NCBI GenBank assembly: GCA_002104905.1
Contig: MCFE01000083.1
Span: forward strand, 62,001-126,000
Direction: 5' to 3'
From: Basidiobolus meristosporus CBS 931.73
Lineage: Eukaryota; Fungi; Basidiobolomycota
Length of the DNA stretch: 64,000 nucleotides
Shown: piece after piece, positions 25,723 through 36,648 of the stretch
How positions within the stretch are numbered: the stretch's first letter is position 1
Layout of the letters: the number at the start of each line of letters is the position of its first letter
Translations under genes and position numbers: made by a program
The notes under the pieces: model-generated
Database searches by the model: none
Told to the model about the DNA's origin: nothing
Seen by the model: the letters and a program-made list of their open reading frames with translations, nothing else

Positions 25723-26399
25723 GTAAATACCAGCTTGTTCTTCTCAACTGCAAATTCAAGTTTGTATAATTTCTGGTGATTACAAAGCCTTATTAATTGC
25801 TCACAGGTAGCCAGTGTTCTGCCTCTGTTGTAGAAAGTGCCACAGCTGGTTGTTTCCAGCTATTCCAAGTGCTAGCTTAACTAGGATAGAAATAAACACT
25901 CCGGGGTGGGGCTTTTGGCAATCATATTTCTTTTCTAATTTTGATAACCAAAGCCCTTGAAATTAGGGCCAATTAGCAGTTGGAATATTTTACTACTTGA
26001 TATCATTCTGCAGCTATTGATTTACTGAGGAGTTCTAGACTAGTCAAAGTTGTGGTAGCAGTCAATCATGGCCCAAACCTGACTAACTTCTTTTAGATCC
26101 ACAATCCTATGATTATTCCCATATATTCAAAATGATATTTGCACTTTTACTAAACATTAAGTATTAGCAGTGAAGCAGTTGCAGGATGCTCCTGAATAGT
26201 GATAAACTCTGCAACTTGGTGCCACAGCTGCATTATAATGAAAATGGCATAAAAACTGATCTCCTTTGGGAATAAATAACTTTTTTACTATCATCAGTAG
26301 CTCTATAAAAGTTCCTTAAATCCAAAACACTTCTTAAGCTAGAGCATGTAATGAGCCCCAATTACCTTAGTCTATTTTAAAGATCACTTCTAGCAACAA

Positions 26400-28500
26400 A
26401 CAGAATCACACAATTATCTTCCACATAAAGGAAAGGCTTGTTGGGGAGAACTGCATATGTTGGAGAATCAGGATGCAGATCCAGTTTGATAAACAAGTGC
26501 TCTGGAACATAGTAATAGTCAGAAGCTGAGCCCAAAGGGAAGAAGCTGAAGTTGACAAGCTACAAGTGGAGAGAAATACTGTAGATGCCATATGCATCAA
26601 TGTTCAAGACTTCTTTGTGGGACAAGTTCCTGCAGTAATACTGCCAAAGAATCCAGGAATATCTCAGAGACAATCAGGACAGCAAAATCAGCTTCAAGCA
26701 AGCTCTATTTAAATAGTGGGTAAGATACATGGGGCAATAAGTCATGCAAGAGGAGTACTATTCACTAATTAGGCCAAAAAACATGGAGCTTGCAGATCTA
26801 CCAAATGGGACAAATCCAATAGGATACCAATGGGCCTACAAGATCAAGATAACATCAAAAGGAGCTATTGTTAAGTCAAAGGCTAGATTGGCGGTGTGGT
26901 GGTGTAGAGGTACTCCTGGGAGAAGCTACACAACTCAAGGTGTGTGAGGTGTCTGATGGGTGCAATAACCTCTGTGTCTAAACTGCTGGTGTCTTTGTTA
27001 ATATGTCACTATGGTAAAAACTCCTGCTTCTCTAGCTTCCTAGGTGCTCCAAGTGTCTCCAAAGGCCTCTGAGTGTCTTGTGCACTACCCTGAAAAGCTC
27101 CTTGATGGCAGGTCTGAGATGTACTGTTGAAGGCAGGTGCAGTGATCAACTGCTAATCAATAAGGTAGAAGTGTTCCTAATAGAAGGGATGATTTATTGA
27201 TGAGGGATTGCTTTCCCTTAAATACTTTTCCTGATTGCCAAGTGATTACTAATGCCAAGGTTCTAGAAGATTCTAGGTATCAGTGGATTTCTTGATGACA
27301 TCACTATGAGCTAAAACTATGCCAAGAATGTCCTGGAAGGTTCTAAAAGGCACAGCACTCTCAACCAATCAGGAACCAGTAGTCTGAAACCTGTGAAACA
27401 TAGAAATACCATATATGGTATTGAAATGGTAGGGATGGTAACATAGACCTAGGTCATGTGGCACGGGTACTGACGCGGGTACTTGCCTTATATGGATACA
27501 TCTACTGATCACAAAGCTGAATAACATCTGGGATAACTAATGCTAATAACTAATCAGGGTAAACATCATATGGGGATAATACTGATAATATGGGCAAAAG
27601 AAGAATGGGATAATACTGATAAGATAAAATATGGATAAGTATATCATAGTGACTATATGAATAAACTTGTCTGTGGGAGGTATGTTTACTCTACCACAGC
27701 GGCTAAAGGCTCTTACTAAATTAGGGACTAAGCTTCAAGGAAACCTTTGCTGCAGTAGTCAAGTTTAACTTCAGTATAACAGCTCTAGCTCTGGCAGCTG
27801 TACACAGTGTAGATCTGCACCATATAGATGTCAAAAGAGCCTTTCAAAATGGGGATTTGTAAAAAACCATATATAGGGCGCAACTGCAAGGCTTAGAAGG
27901 TCCCAACAAAGTTTGCAAGCTCAGAAAACTGCTGTGTGACCCAGAGAAGGCAGCTGCAGGATGGTTTGATATAGTTTATGCTTCTCTTGAGGAGACAAGG
28001 CCCTTTTGTTGCACTGCAGATCTCCATAATGTATAAATCGGTGTCACAATGGAGTTATTATCCCAGTTATTTATATAGACATCCTAAGAATTGCTACAAG
28101 CAAACATGAAAAATTGATCAGTCAAAATCATATCTCTATTGCAAATTGCAGACAACTGATCTTAAAAATGCACTTTAGGCTTGGAGTTGATGCCAAGTCT
28201 AACATATTTATGCAAAAAACCTTACTGAATCAATGCAAGTATAGCAAAAACATTCTTGAATGCTTCAAAATGGAATATTACAAGCCTGCAACAGGCTCCA
28301 GGGACATCAATCCAAGATTGAGCAAATCTTGGCCAGTTTTGGGTAAAATCTGCCCAAATCTAGACCAAACCTTCCCTATCCATTAAAGGTCATCAGTTTA
28401 ATTAATTTGATGGTATCTAGAAATCTAGATATTGGAGTGGCAGTGGGAAATATCATTCATTTATGCACAATCATGACTCTGATCAAATTACGGGTATAAG
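26400..28500 (+). mobile_element. Old copia RT relic interrupted by solo LTR B2
   Basis: MQEEYYSL..MELADLPNGTNPIGYQWAYKIK..KARLA|AKG reads across the insertion. HHIDVKRAFQNGD and further RT relics follow. Confidence 0.75.
26895..27698 (-). repeat. Solo LTR subfamily B2 (804 bp)
   Basis: TGTGGTGG..CTACCACA ends with perfect 4-bp TSD GCGG (26891-94 / 27699-702). Removing it restores the host frame GCT AGA TTG GCG GCT AAA GGC (ARLAAKG). Confidence 0.92.
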
Positions 28501-28539
28501 TCTTAATATTGGAGTTGCAGAAGTAGTTTGCCAGTATTG

Positions 28540-29276
28540 TATTTACTAAAATTTGAGCTGAGCTTTACTCAGGGGCCACTAGCTTGTTATGCACATTCTG
28601 CCAGATAAATTGCTTACTAATTACTTTTCCCAATGTAGCTTGTGGATGATGACTCATGCAGTTGCATCGTTATTACCCAATTAGATCTTACTCAATATAT
28701 CTATTTCTGTCTAATAAGGCTCTGCTAATTCATCTGCTGGCTAATAACAATGATCTACTATATAAAGATGATATACTAATAGGCCAAACCCAAAACTGAC
28801 TGTTTAATCATAAACTGATCTTATTGAAATATTCAATCCTCAGATCATTTTGTTGCTTTTTGCCAGAGCTGGGTGGGACCTCCTGAATCCATTTTCTTGT
28901 GTTATCAGTATGCTGATGGTGCAGTATTGTCAGTAAGACTTGCAGACTTGAGTCTGTGACTATGGACCTGCTATGGTTGGATGGTTGAATGTCTTAGCTC
29001 AGTTCTCAGTTAAAATAATTAGTTTTATGCTTAGCATATTTGAATATCAATGTTATCTATCATGTTAGTAATATTAGTCAGCAAATGATTCAGCAGATCC
29101 TTATTAGACAGAAATAGAAATATTGAGTAGATCAGATTGGTGAATAATGATGCAATCAGATGAGTCATCAGCCACAACCTACACTAGGAGTTGCAATTAG
29201 TCAGCAATTGATCTGGCAAAATGCATATAAGGAGCTGCTGAAACTTGGATAACAATAAGCTCAAGTCTTGGTGAAT
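28540..29276. repeat. Imperfect inverted pair of an unclassified repeat (arms ~28540-28840 and ~28960-29276)
   Basis: For example CCAATTAGATCTTACTCAATATATCTATTTCTGTCTAATAAGG matches the reverse complement of CCTTATTAGACAGAAATAGAAATATTGAGTAGATCAGATTGG. The same family occurs at ~32700-32940 and ~34930-35300. Confidence 0.7.
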
Positions 29277-29459
29277 AGGCTTGTTCCGTTGGATAGTGCC
29301 ACATAGTGCTAGCCTGTTTATAGTGCTGGATCAATCCGGCACCCTACGGCACTATCTGGCACTATAATTTCTACCATGATGCCAGTGGTATGATACAGTT
29401 ACTGGTAATTTTACTCAATCTTACTTATGTTGCTCAGAATAGTGCTTTCCTTGCTTTGT

Positions 29460-30341
29460 TTACTCTTCATAATGCTCCAGACACATTTCTCTCAGTGGAT
29501 GTCTTCTTGTATGAACATACTGTGCATTAATAAGTATCTTAACTATTTTACCTATTCTGCTGTTTTCTCCTATATATGACTTTCCTCTGTATTTACCTGC
29601 CAATATGCTGAATCTCTTCAGATATCCAAATGTGTGCTCTACCCTTACTCTGAAATGATTAAATATCTCATTGTAGAGCTTCTGCTTCCTGCTAAGTACA
29701 CCATTCCTTGGCTTCCTATAAGCTGTAATACATCCTAATCTCTGACAATCCTCTCCTATATAAGCTAAGTCTGCCATACATTTCTCCCCTCTACTGAATT
29801 CAGGATGATTCTCTACCCAGAGTGCTTTGTCATGCCTACTTCCAGCAAATGGCCCACTAAACCAGATGATGTTAACCTCAATGTCAGACAGTGCTTGAAA
29901 CTTCACACAGTGTGCCTTGTACTTGCCAGAATAGAAGTGTCTCTGCCCTCTAGAAGGTCTGTTAATCCTCACTGGGAAGGTATCCAAAATACTCCTGATA
30001 TGGAACCTGTTGCTGAATACTCTGGGATATGGAAGTCTATTGGAGCTTCTGAACCTAGTATTCCAAGCTTGCTCTAAGTCATTCATACCCTCTGCAAGGT
30101 GGTTCTCCATTGCTGTCAGCTGGGAATGAAAGCTTCTAGGACTTTTGTTGCCATGGATGGTGGAATGAAACCTTGTAGGGCAATAGTTCTTGTAATAGCA
30201 GAGAGGCTTAAGAGATCTCCTTGAGTAGATTGGGGTTGATGGTCCACAGTACTTGGAATAGATCTCCTCTAGTGTGTCAAAAGGAAATCCAGTGGTAGTG
30301 ATGGGATTGATGAGAAAAGACCATTCAGATGAGTAAGTCAT
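29460..30341 (-). CDS. DDE_Tnp_4-type (IS5/ISL2/Harbinger-related) transposase, 293 aa, open
   Basis: Motifs ILDTFP, FYSGKYKAHCVKFQ, GPFAGSRHD, MADLAY, YRKP and RVRVEHTFGYLKRFSIL. There are no stops or frameshifts. Confidence 0.9.
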   Translation of the reverse strand: MTYSSEWSFLINPITTTGFPFDTLEEIYSKYCGPSTPIYSRRSLKPLCYYKNYCPTRFHSTIHGNKSPRSFHSQLTAMENHLAEGMNDLEQAWNTRFRSSNRLPYPRVFSNRFHIRSILDTFPVRINRPSRGQRHFYSGKYKAHCVKFQALSDIEVNIIWFSGPFAGSRHDKALWVENHPEFSRGEKCMADLAYIGEDCQRLGCITAYRKPRNGVLSRKQKLYNEIFNHFRVRVEHTFGYLKRFSILAGKYRGKSYIGENSRIGKIVKILINAQYVHTRRHPLREMCLEHYEE

Positions 30342-30968
30342 ATTAAAATTGGTAGATGATTGTATAAAGGCGGTTTGAATCGATTTGGCGCAATCCGCCT
30401 TATTTATCTGATTTTTAATACATTATGGTTAAATCTCCATCAATTGCCACGTATCCCATCATTATGTCGCAAAAATCATCCGCAAACAATGCCTTGATAC
30501 TTTTATTGATGCTTTAATCATAGGTCTATAATCAAATAGGAAATCTGCGATTGATGTGATCTGATCCGTGTCAATGCAATCCAAGATGCATCATGCATAA
30601 TATATGGAGATTTCAACAATCACATTAGTTTTCATATATATTTCATATAAGACCAGGTTGATGTCAATATACTGCTGTATAAGTATCCAAATACGTTGCT
30701 ATGGTCCCCATACCAAGCCTCAACTCATCTTTAGTACAACCCAGACAAAACCCATCCCCCAGCTCACAAGCGCGTCCGGACCGGAAAAGTCAATGTTGGA
30801 TCCGTTCAAATTCTCGCCAAATGATTTTAGTATGGCCCAAGTGTCTATGATGAGCCTTCATACAGATATTTGGGCACTACTGATTAATCTAGCAGAACTA
30901 GATACCTCAGAGAGTCGACAAAGATGGAAGAATTTGAGTAGAAAGCTGTGGCATGAGTCTACATCAAG

Positions 30969-31946
30969 ATGCCAGCCAATGTATGTAAAAAGATATATAA
31001 CAAGACAAGTATTGAAATCAAGAATGAGCTGAGAGTGAGGGGATTTGACAAAGAAGCCGCGCGGGAGCGATTTTGTGCGCAATTTGCACAGTACTGGCCG
31101 GACGCGTCTGTTCGTGCCTCAACTTTGGGAACCAAAGAGATTTTGAATGAGTTTTTGCCTCAAATGACTAATGTACTACGTGATATATTAGTAGAGCTAA
31201 GTGGCTTCCGAGAGCAATATACACAGGACTCATCCAGGCAACAGCTCCAAAGTATCAGACAGAGGGTAAGTGAATACCTTGAGGAATCAGATGGTGAGCT
31301 TCAGGAGGAAGAATACAGACCGCGAGCAACATCATCCAGATCGCGCCAGCACGCCTTGCTGGATTCCCTACCATCTCTTGCAACCACAGCGCACCGGCGC
31401 ACGTCAGTCCAAAGTACTCCAACACCCTATACCGGAACGCCCCACCTCAAGTCAACGCGTGTCGGGTCAACGCGCGCGCTTCAGAGCAAAACTACAAGAA
31501 CTTGCCAAACTGCTTATTTAGACACAAGTCCATTGGAGCGGACCGAGTTGCATCAACTTGCAGCATCACATCAAACTCAGCCAAGGGCCATCTCAACGCA
31601 TCAAGGCGCGCCTGCGCGTGCCGTTTTGCCTGACCATCAGCAAGTTACTTCTGGTGAACTGACTGATGATGACCAACATGAAGTGCCTCAGCCACCGGAG
31701 CCCTTGGCAAGTAAAAGAACGCGTCAGTGCGTGGCACTACAGGCCGGTTCAGTTGGTTCAGTCGGAGCAATTCAGCGTGGCCAAGCTGTAGCATTGCACT
31801 CATCAACTAGGAGGCAATATACTGACTACGAATACACAAGTAGCCAAGATGATAGTCAGCCAGGAAGTAGTATAGGTGTGCAAAGTGAGTCACTACCAAA
31901 TGCTTCAGTAGTAATCCCTGTGAGAAAAAAACCCAGGAGAAGATGA
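30969..31946 (+). CDS. Second ORF of the Pangu-like element (325 aa; helical N-half, disordered C-half, basic C-terminus VRKKPRRR); true start may lie upstream
   Basis: Long open frame inside the TIRs, divergent from the transposase, ending in an NLS-like tail. No family was recognised. Confidence 0.65.
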   Translation: MPANVCKKIYNKTSIEIKNELRVRGFDKEAARERFCAQFAQYWPDASVRASTLGTKEILNEFLPQMTNVLRDILVELSGFREQYTQDSSRQQLQSIRQRVSEYLEESDGELQEEEYRPRATSSRSRQHALLDSLPSLATTAHRRTSVQSTPTPYTGTPHLKSTRVGSTRALQSKTTRTCQTAYLDTSPLERTELHQLAASHQTQPRAISTHQGAPARAVLPDHQQVTSGELTDDDQHEVPQPPEPLASKRTRQCVALQAGSVGSVGAIQRGQAVALHSSTRRQYTDYEYTSSQDDSQPGSSIGVQSESLPNASVVIPVRKKPRRR

Positions 31947-32949
31947 TGCAATCGCTTTGAATCGCTCACATTCGTAATGATCCCGACAACCCTTTTTTTT
32001 TGCGATCAGAATTGAGCCGTCGCAAATCAGTGATCATCAAATTTTTGATATAAGTAATATCAAGGTTGTCTCACATTTGAGACAGAACCCCTATAAATAA
32101 ACACCCTGCATATATATACATCATCTGTAATACCAGTGCAGCTATTGGATCTGTTTTGCACCTACACGATCGCTTGCGTGCTGGCTATGACACCTTGTCC
32201 AATCACTAGGATCAGGGATATACTTGCTCAATGAGCAAAATGGGATATTTGATGGCAAATCAGGTAGCTTTTTTAGTAGTCAATGAGCCAATTGGGGGCT
32301 GCCAGCTTCAGGATACTTTTGGACCAATTAACCACTGAGATACCATCCAATTGGAGTGAGGGTAACCAAAATGGTAAGTATTAGTGTAGTTTATAGTGTG
32401 ATACACATTTATTTCCATTTGCATTAAAGAAACATATCCAATTACCGGATTTTACCTGCCCTAATAGCGGTATCCGATTGCGCACATGATGCAAACATTA
32501 CAAGTTGGCGCAATCATCCGTTCCAACCTCATCGTGTCAGATTGTGCCATAGTGTGCGAGATTGTCCCGCATAGTGCAAAATCGTCCAAAAACAATCCTT
32601 CCTTCTGGTAGCTATAATATCGCGCCCCATTGTTCTTTACAACCGCGGATTGCGCCGCACGCCCTGGCACGGTACGATGGAACAAGTCTATATGCTAAAA
32701 CTCTTGATATAAGAGTTGTAGAGGAATTGGAAGCTTAGCTAGTATTGCATTCACTAAAACTTGACCAGATCTTTGTTGAAGTTCCAGCTGCTCCTCATAT
32801 ACACTCTGGCAGATCAATTGCCAACTAATCATATATCCTGATCTGATGGATAATTCTGATATACCATAGGCTAAGCATAAAGCTAAATGAGTTGACTAAG
32901 AATTGATCTAAATCAGACATTCAAGGGTCAGTTCATAACATTCTTCCTT

Positions 32950-34900
32950 ACTGAAGATGAGAGGCTTCTTTAGAATCTCTTTTCCTGTGATACCAGTATT
33001 TTGATGGGTCAGCATTATTGGGAAGTCTTGCAAGCTTGAGTCTGTCTTTATGAATTAAATCCTGTTAGACATTCCCATGTTTGTCTACTAAATGGTATGT
33101 TGCAAATGGGCATTCTCTAATGGTCTTCAATGGTCCTGTTCATTGTGTCTCAAGTTTCTTCCAGACGTTGTTTGTTAACAATAAAAGTTCCAAGCAGTCA
33201 AAGCATATAGTGATGTAGTCTTATCAAGTCCCTGCTTCACCTTTTCAGCACTTTTGAGAATTTGGCATGTGCCTCCTGACTTTTTTGTTCCAATTGTTGG
33301 TGTCTACTGGACTGACTGAGTTCATCCTCCAAGTAGTTGGTGGTTTTTGGCTGTATGTGATCTCCTGGAATCATTGGTTCATGTCCAATGGCAATTGTTG
33401 GGTGGTGTTCTGGACCCTAACTCTGCAGGCAAACAGTGACTGGTCTATATACTTTTACCAGCTGCTTACAGCTCTATTTGCATACTAGGTTAGCACTTCC
33501 CCAGATAATCAATGAAACCACTCAGTGACACCATTAGTTATATAGTGATATGCCAAAGTTTTCAAATGTTTGATATATAGCATTTCCTAGTATGCTTCCA
33601 ATGTCTTTACCACTATGCTTGCTCCTCTATCCAATATGATTTCCACAGGGAATCCAAACATCATGATGATCTCATGGTAAATGAAACTTGCTGCTTCTTG
33701 TTCACTGGCTGCTGGTACAGCACTTGTCACTGGTCTTTGGGCTGCATGTTTAAATGCTACTAAAATTCCCCAAATGCATTTCCCATTACTGGCAGTCTTC
33801 CAATAAAATCAATCCCTCTTCTCTGAGATGTTCTTACTGGCTACAAAGGCAACAGCTCAGCAATTCCCTGTGGTTACCTTGGCTGATTTGGTAACTAAGG
33901 GATGTTTTCACTAGCTTCTCAATATTGTATTTCATTCTGGGCCACCATGTTCTAGCTTTTACAAGGCTATAGGTTCCTTCAGTTCCAAGATGTTTGTGTC
34001 CATTATTTAGCTTGTGCATCAGATCAAGGCAAAGAACATAGGGATAATAGGCAATAGGGCTTTCATCAACAATCTGGTAGAGTGTTTCATCCTGTGCTAC
34101 AAATTTGTTGGCTCCATCATCAGCAGTCTTCTTGATGTCTTCATATACCTCATGGGCAATGCCATGGTCTTCTAAGAACTTTGTTGATAGGCTAGGTCAA
34201 TCTGATTCAAGCATTATGTCATTAAGGTGGATTTCCACCAACCTATGCAAGTACACTTAGAAGAGAGCTTGCATAGAGGTCATGGCTATTGCAGGAGCAT
34301 TGGTTGGGCTAAAACTCATCACCAAGTACTTGAAGGGTCTACGCCTAGTCCTGAATGCTGTCTTGGAGATATTTTCTGGCTTCATCCTAAAATGGTTACA
34401 TTCTGTCATGAAGCAAATCTTGCTGAATACAGAGGCTCCATTAAGCTGGTCCAAAAGCTCATCAATCCAAGGTATGAAGCACCTATTCTTCACAGCAACT
34501 GAGTTGGGGGCTTTGTAGTCAATGCACAGCCTAAGCACTCCATCCTTCTTTTTCACAAGTGCTGGTGCTTCCCAAGGAGACTTGCTGGGCTTAATGTATC
34601 TTTGCTACAATAGTTGATCAAATTGTCTCTACACCTCTTACAACTCCAATGGACTCATCCTGTAAAGAGGCTTGCTCTCTGGGGTCCAACTCCAATGTCA
34701 ATGCCATGATCTGTGTCTTGGACTAGTAGTAGGGTTACAAGTTCTTCAAGCAACAAATATGAGCACTCCTTCAGAAGAGGTTAGACCTGATGGGGAACTA
34801 GAGTAAAAGATTCCTCTCTAATACTGCCATGAGAGACATCTGGGCACTTTCTCTGAGTGCTCTACAGAACTGTGTCTTTCTGAATTCACTTGTGTCCAAT
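32950..34900 (-). mobile_element. Old Ty3/gypsy pol relic
   Basis: PLYRMSPLEL, KKKDGVLRLCIDY, ISKTAFRTRRRPFKYLVMSFSPTNAPA and HKHLGTEGTYSLVKARTWWPRMK. Confidence 0.85.
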
Positions 34901-35639
34901 ACATCAGAATTAACCAAGCTGAAGTCCTTTTACAAGTCTTGATATAAAAGCTGTAGAGGAATAGGGAGCTTTGCTATATTGTATTTGCTAAAACTTAGAC
35001 AGATCCTACTAAGGTTCCAGCAGCTCCTTGTATATAAATTGCCAGATCAATTGCTGGCTAATTGTATTTCTTTATGTAGGTTGTGGCTGCTGCTTCATTT
35101 AATTCAGTCATCATCACCCAGTCAGATCTTGTTAAATATGTTGGTTCCTCTCTGATAATGATCTGCTGATTCATCTACCAACTAATACCACTGATTTGAT
35201 AGATAACATTGATTTACTGATAGGCTAAGCATAAAACAAATTGATCTTAATAAAAGCTGATCTAACCTAGACATTCAAGGCTCAGTTCATAATACAAACC
35301 ACCTAATATCACTTGAATTAATTGAACACCTTTCCCAAGTACTCTTAAACCTTTGTACATTGTCACAATATTTTTCCACATTGGAGTACCCTGAAAAGTA
35401 ACATTTCTGATGCTGTCAAAGGCTGTTGCAAAACATCAATACCATTTCTAAGAGATACTATTGCAATGGGAATACTGTGCAGAAGCCCCCAAAATAGGTT
35501 GCAATGTGTATCTCACAAAATACTTTGTGAAAGTTTTTAATCATAATGATGTGGTAGCATCCCCCCACAGGTAAATTTGAATATATAGCTGTTATATTAC
35601 ACTTATCCATATTTATGAAGTTTTGGAGATCTGCAATGG

Positions 35640-36648
35640 CTGAGGAATATCAGGCTCCAAGGTACAGTTGAATAGACTTGGTCATTTTACCAATCAGCCA
35701 AATATCAATTGGATGCAGATAGGCCTTCAAGAGAGTATATAAGGCTAATGGTTCAACTAAAAGATACAAATTAAGACCTGTGGCCAAAGAGTATGCTAAA
35801 GCAAAAGGATTGGACTAAAGTGAGACCTTTACACCAGTAGCCAAGCTTAATTCTATCATACAAATATTGACAATTGTGGCAAAATAAAAGGTTATTACTC
35901 ATAAGATGTGTAGAAAGCTTCACTTTTGAATAGAGAACTCAGCAAGGACATGTGCATGTACCAGCTTGAAGGGTTTCTTGGACAAGATAACCTTCATTTG
36001 TTTAGTAAGCTTGAAATCTCTATTTGGTCTCAAACTTTCACAAAATGCAAAGAATTCCTAGACAGATTGTTATATCAAGTCTTTGAGCTTCCAAATAAGT
36101 ACCGCTTACTGAGGTATTTACTATAAGCCAGATAGAGTAATCTCAGTTCTATTAGGTCCAAATGTGGAAGACTGTATAATGGCCATCAACCACTTGGGAA
36201 CATTCACAGGGACTAAGTAGTGCCTACCTAAGGCAATCAGAATATCCAAACTAAGAGATCTTGGTGACTACTTAGGGGTATAGCTCTACAAAAGCAGAAG
36301 TGCCTAGACACTCATGCTAGACTAGTCCAAGTATATTAAGGATTTACTAGAGAAGTGACAAATGGAAGGCTTAAACTGGAAGCTACCCCAATGGAAACAA
36401 ATCTCAACTTAGTTAAAACTCAACTAAATCAACAGAGCTTGATTCCATCTGAACACCCAATCTCCCAGATCAAACTATGGCTGATAGTCTGATGTATATC
36501 ATGCTAGGAGCACATCCCAATATTGCATATTCAGTGGAGGTTGTAGGGCAGTATTATCAGAATTATGAATCTGATTGTATTGCGGCAGTTAGGCAGCTTT
36601 TTAGGTTCCCAAAAGGTACTGCTGATATATGTTCAAGATACACCTTAC
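35640..36648 (+). pseudogene. copia family A RT fragment, heavily decayed
   Basis: Homologous to RT of A1 (for example MADSLMYIMLGAHPNIAYSV). Confidence 0.75.

Larger units (their letters stand above)
29277..32689. mobile_element. Putatively autonomous PHIS-superfamily (PIF/Harbinger-related, Pangu-like) DNA transposon, 3413 bp, two divergent ORFs
   Basis: Left TIR AGGCTTGTTCCGT and right TIR ATGGAACAAGTCT match at 11/13 and are the same TIR as the MITEs. It has subterminal GGCAC repeats, a DDE transposase and a second ORF. The flanks (AAT / ATA) do not match. Confidence 0.85.

Noticed and set aside
29460-30341. Bacterial IS5/ISL2 contamination or recent horizontal transfer
   Set aside because: The two-ORF structure, associated MITEs, nesting in eukaryotic LTRs and host-like CpG loss fit a resident PHIS element. 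A phylogeny would be needed to claim transfer.
32700-35300. Direct repeats at ~32700-32940 and ~34930-35300 as the LTRs of the gypsy relic between them
   Set aside because: I could not identify TG..CA ends, a PBS, a PPT or a TSD, and RT starts only ~250 bp from the repeat.
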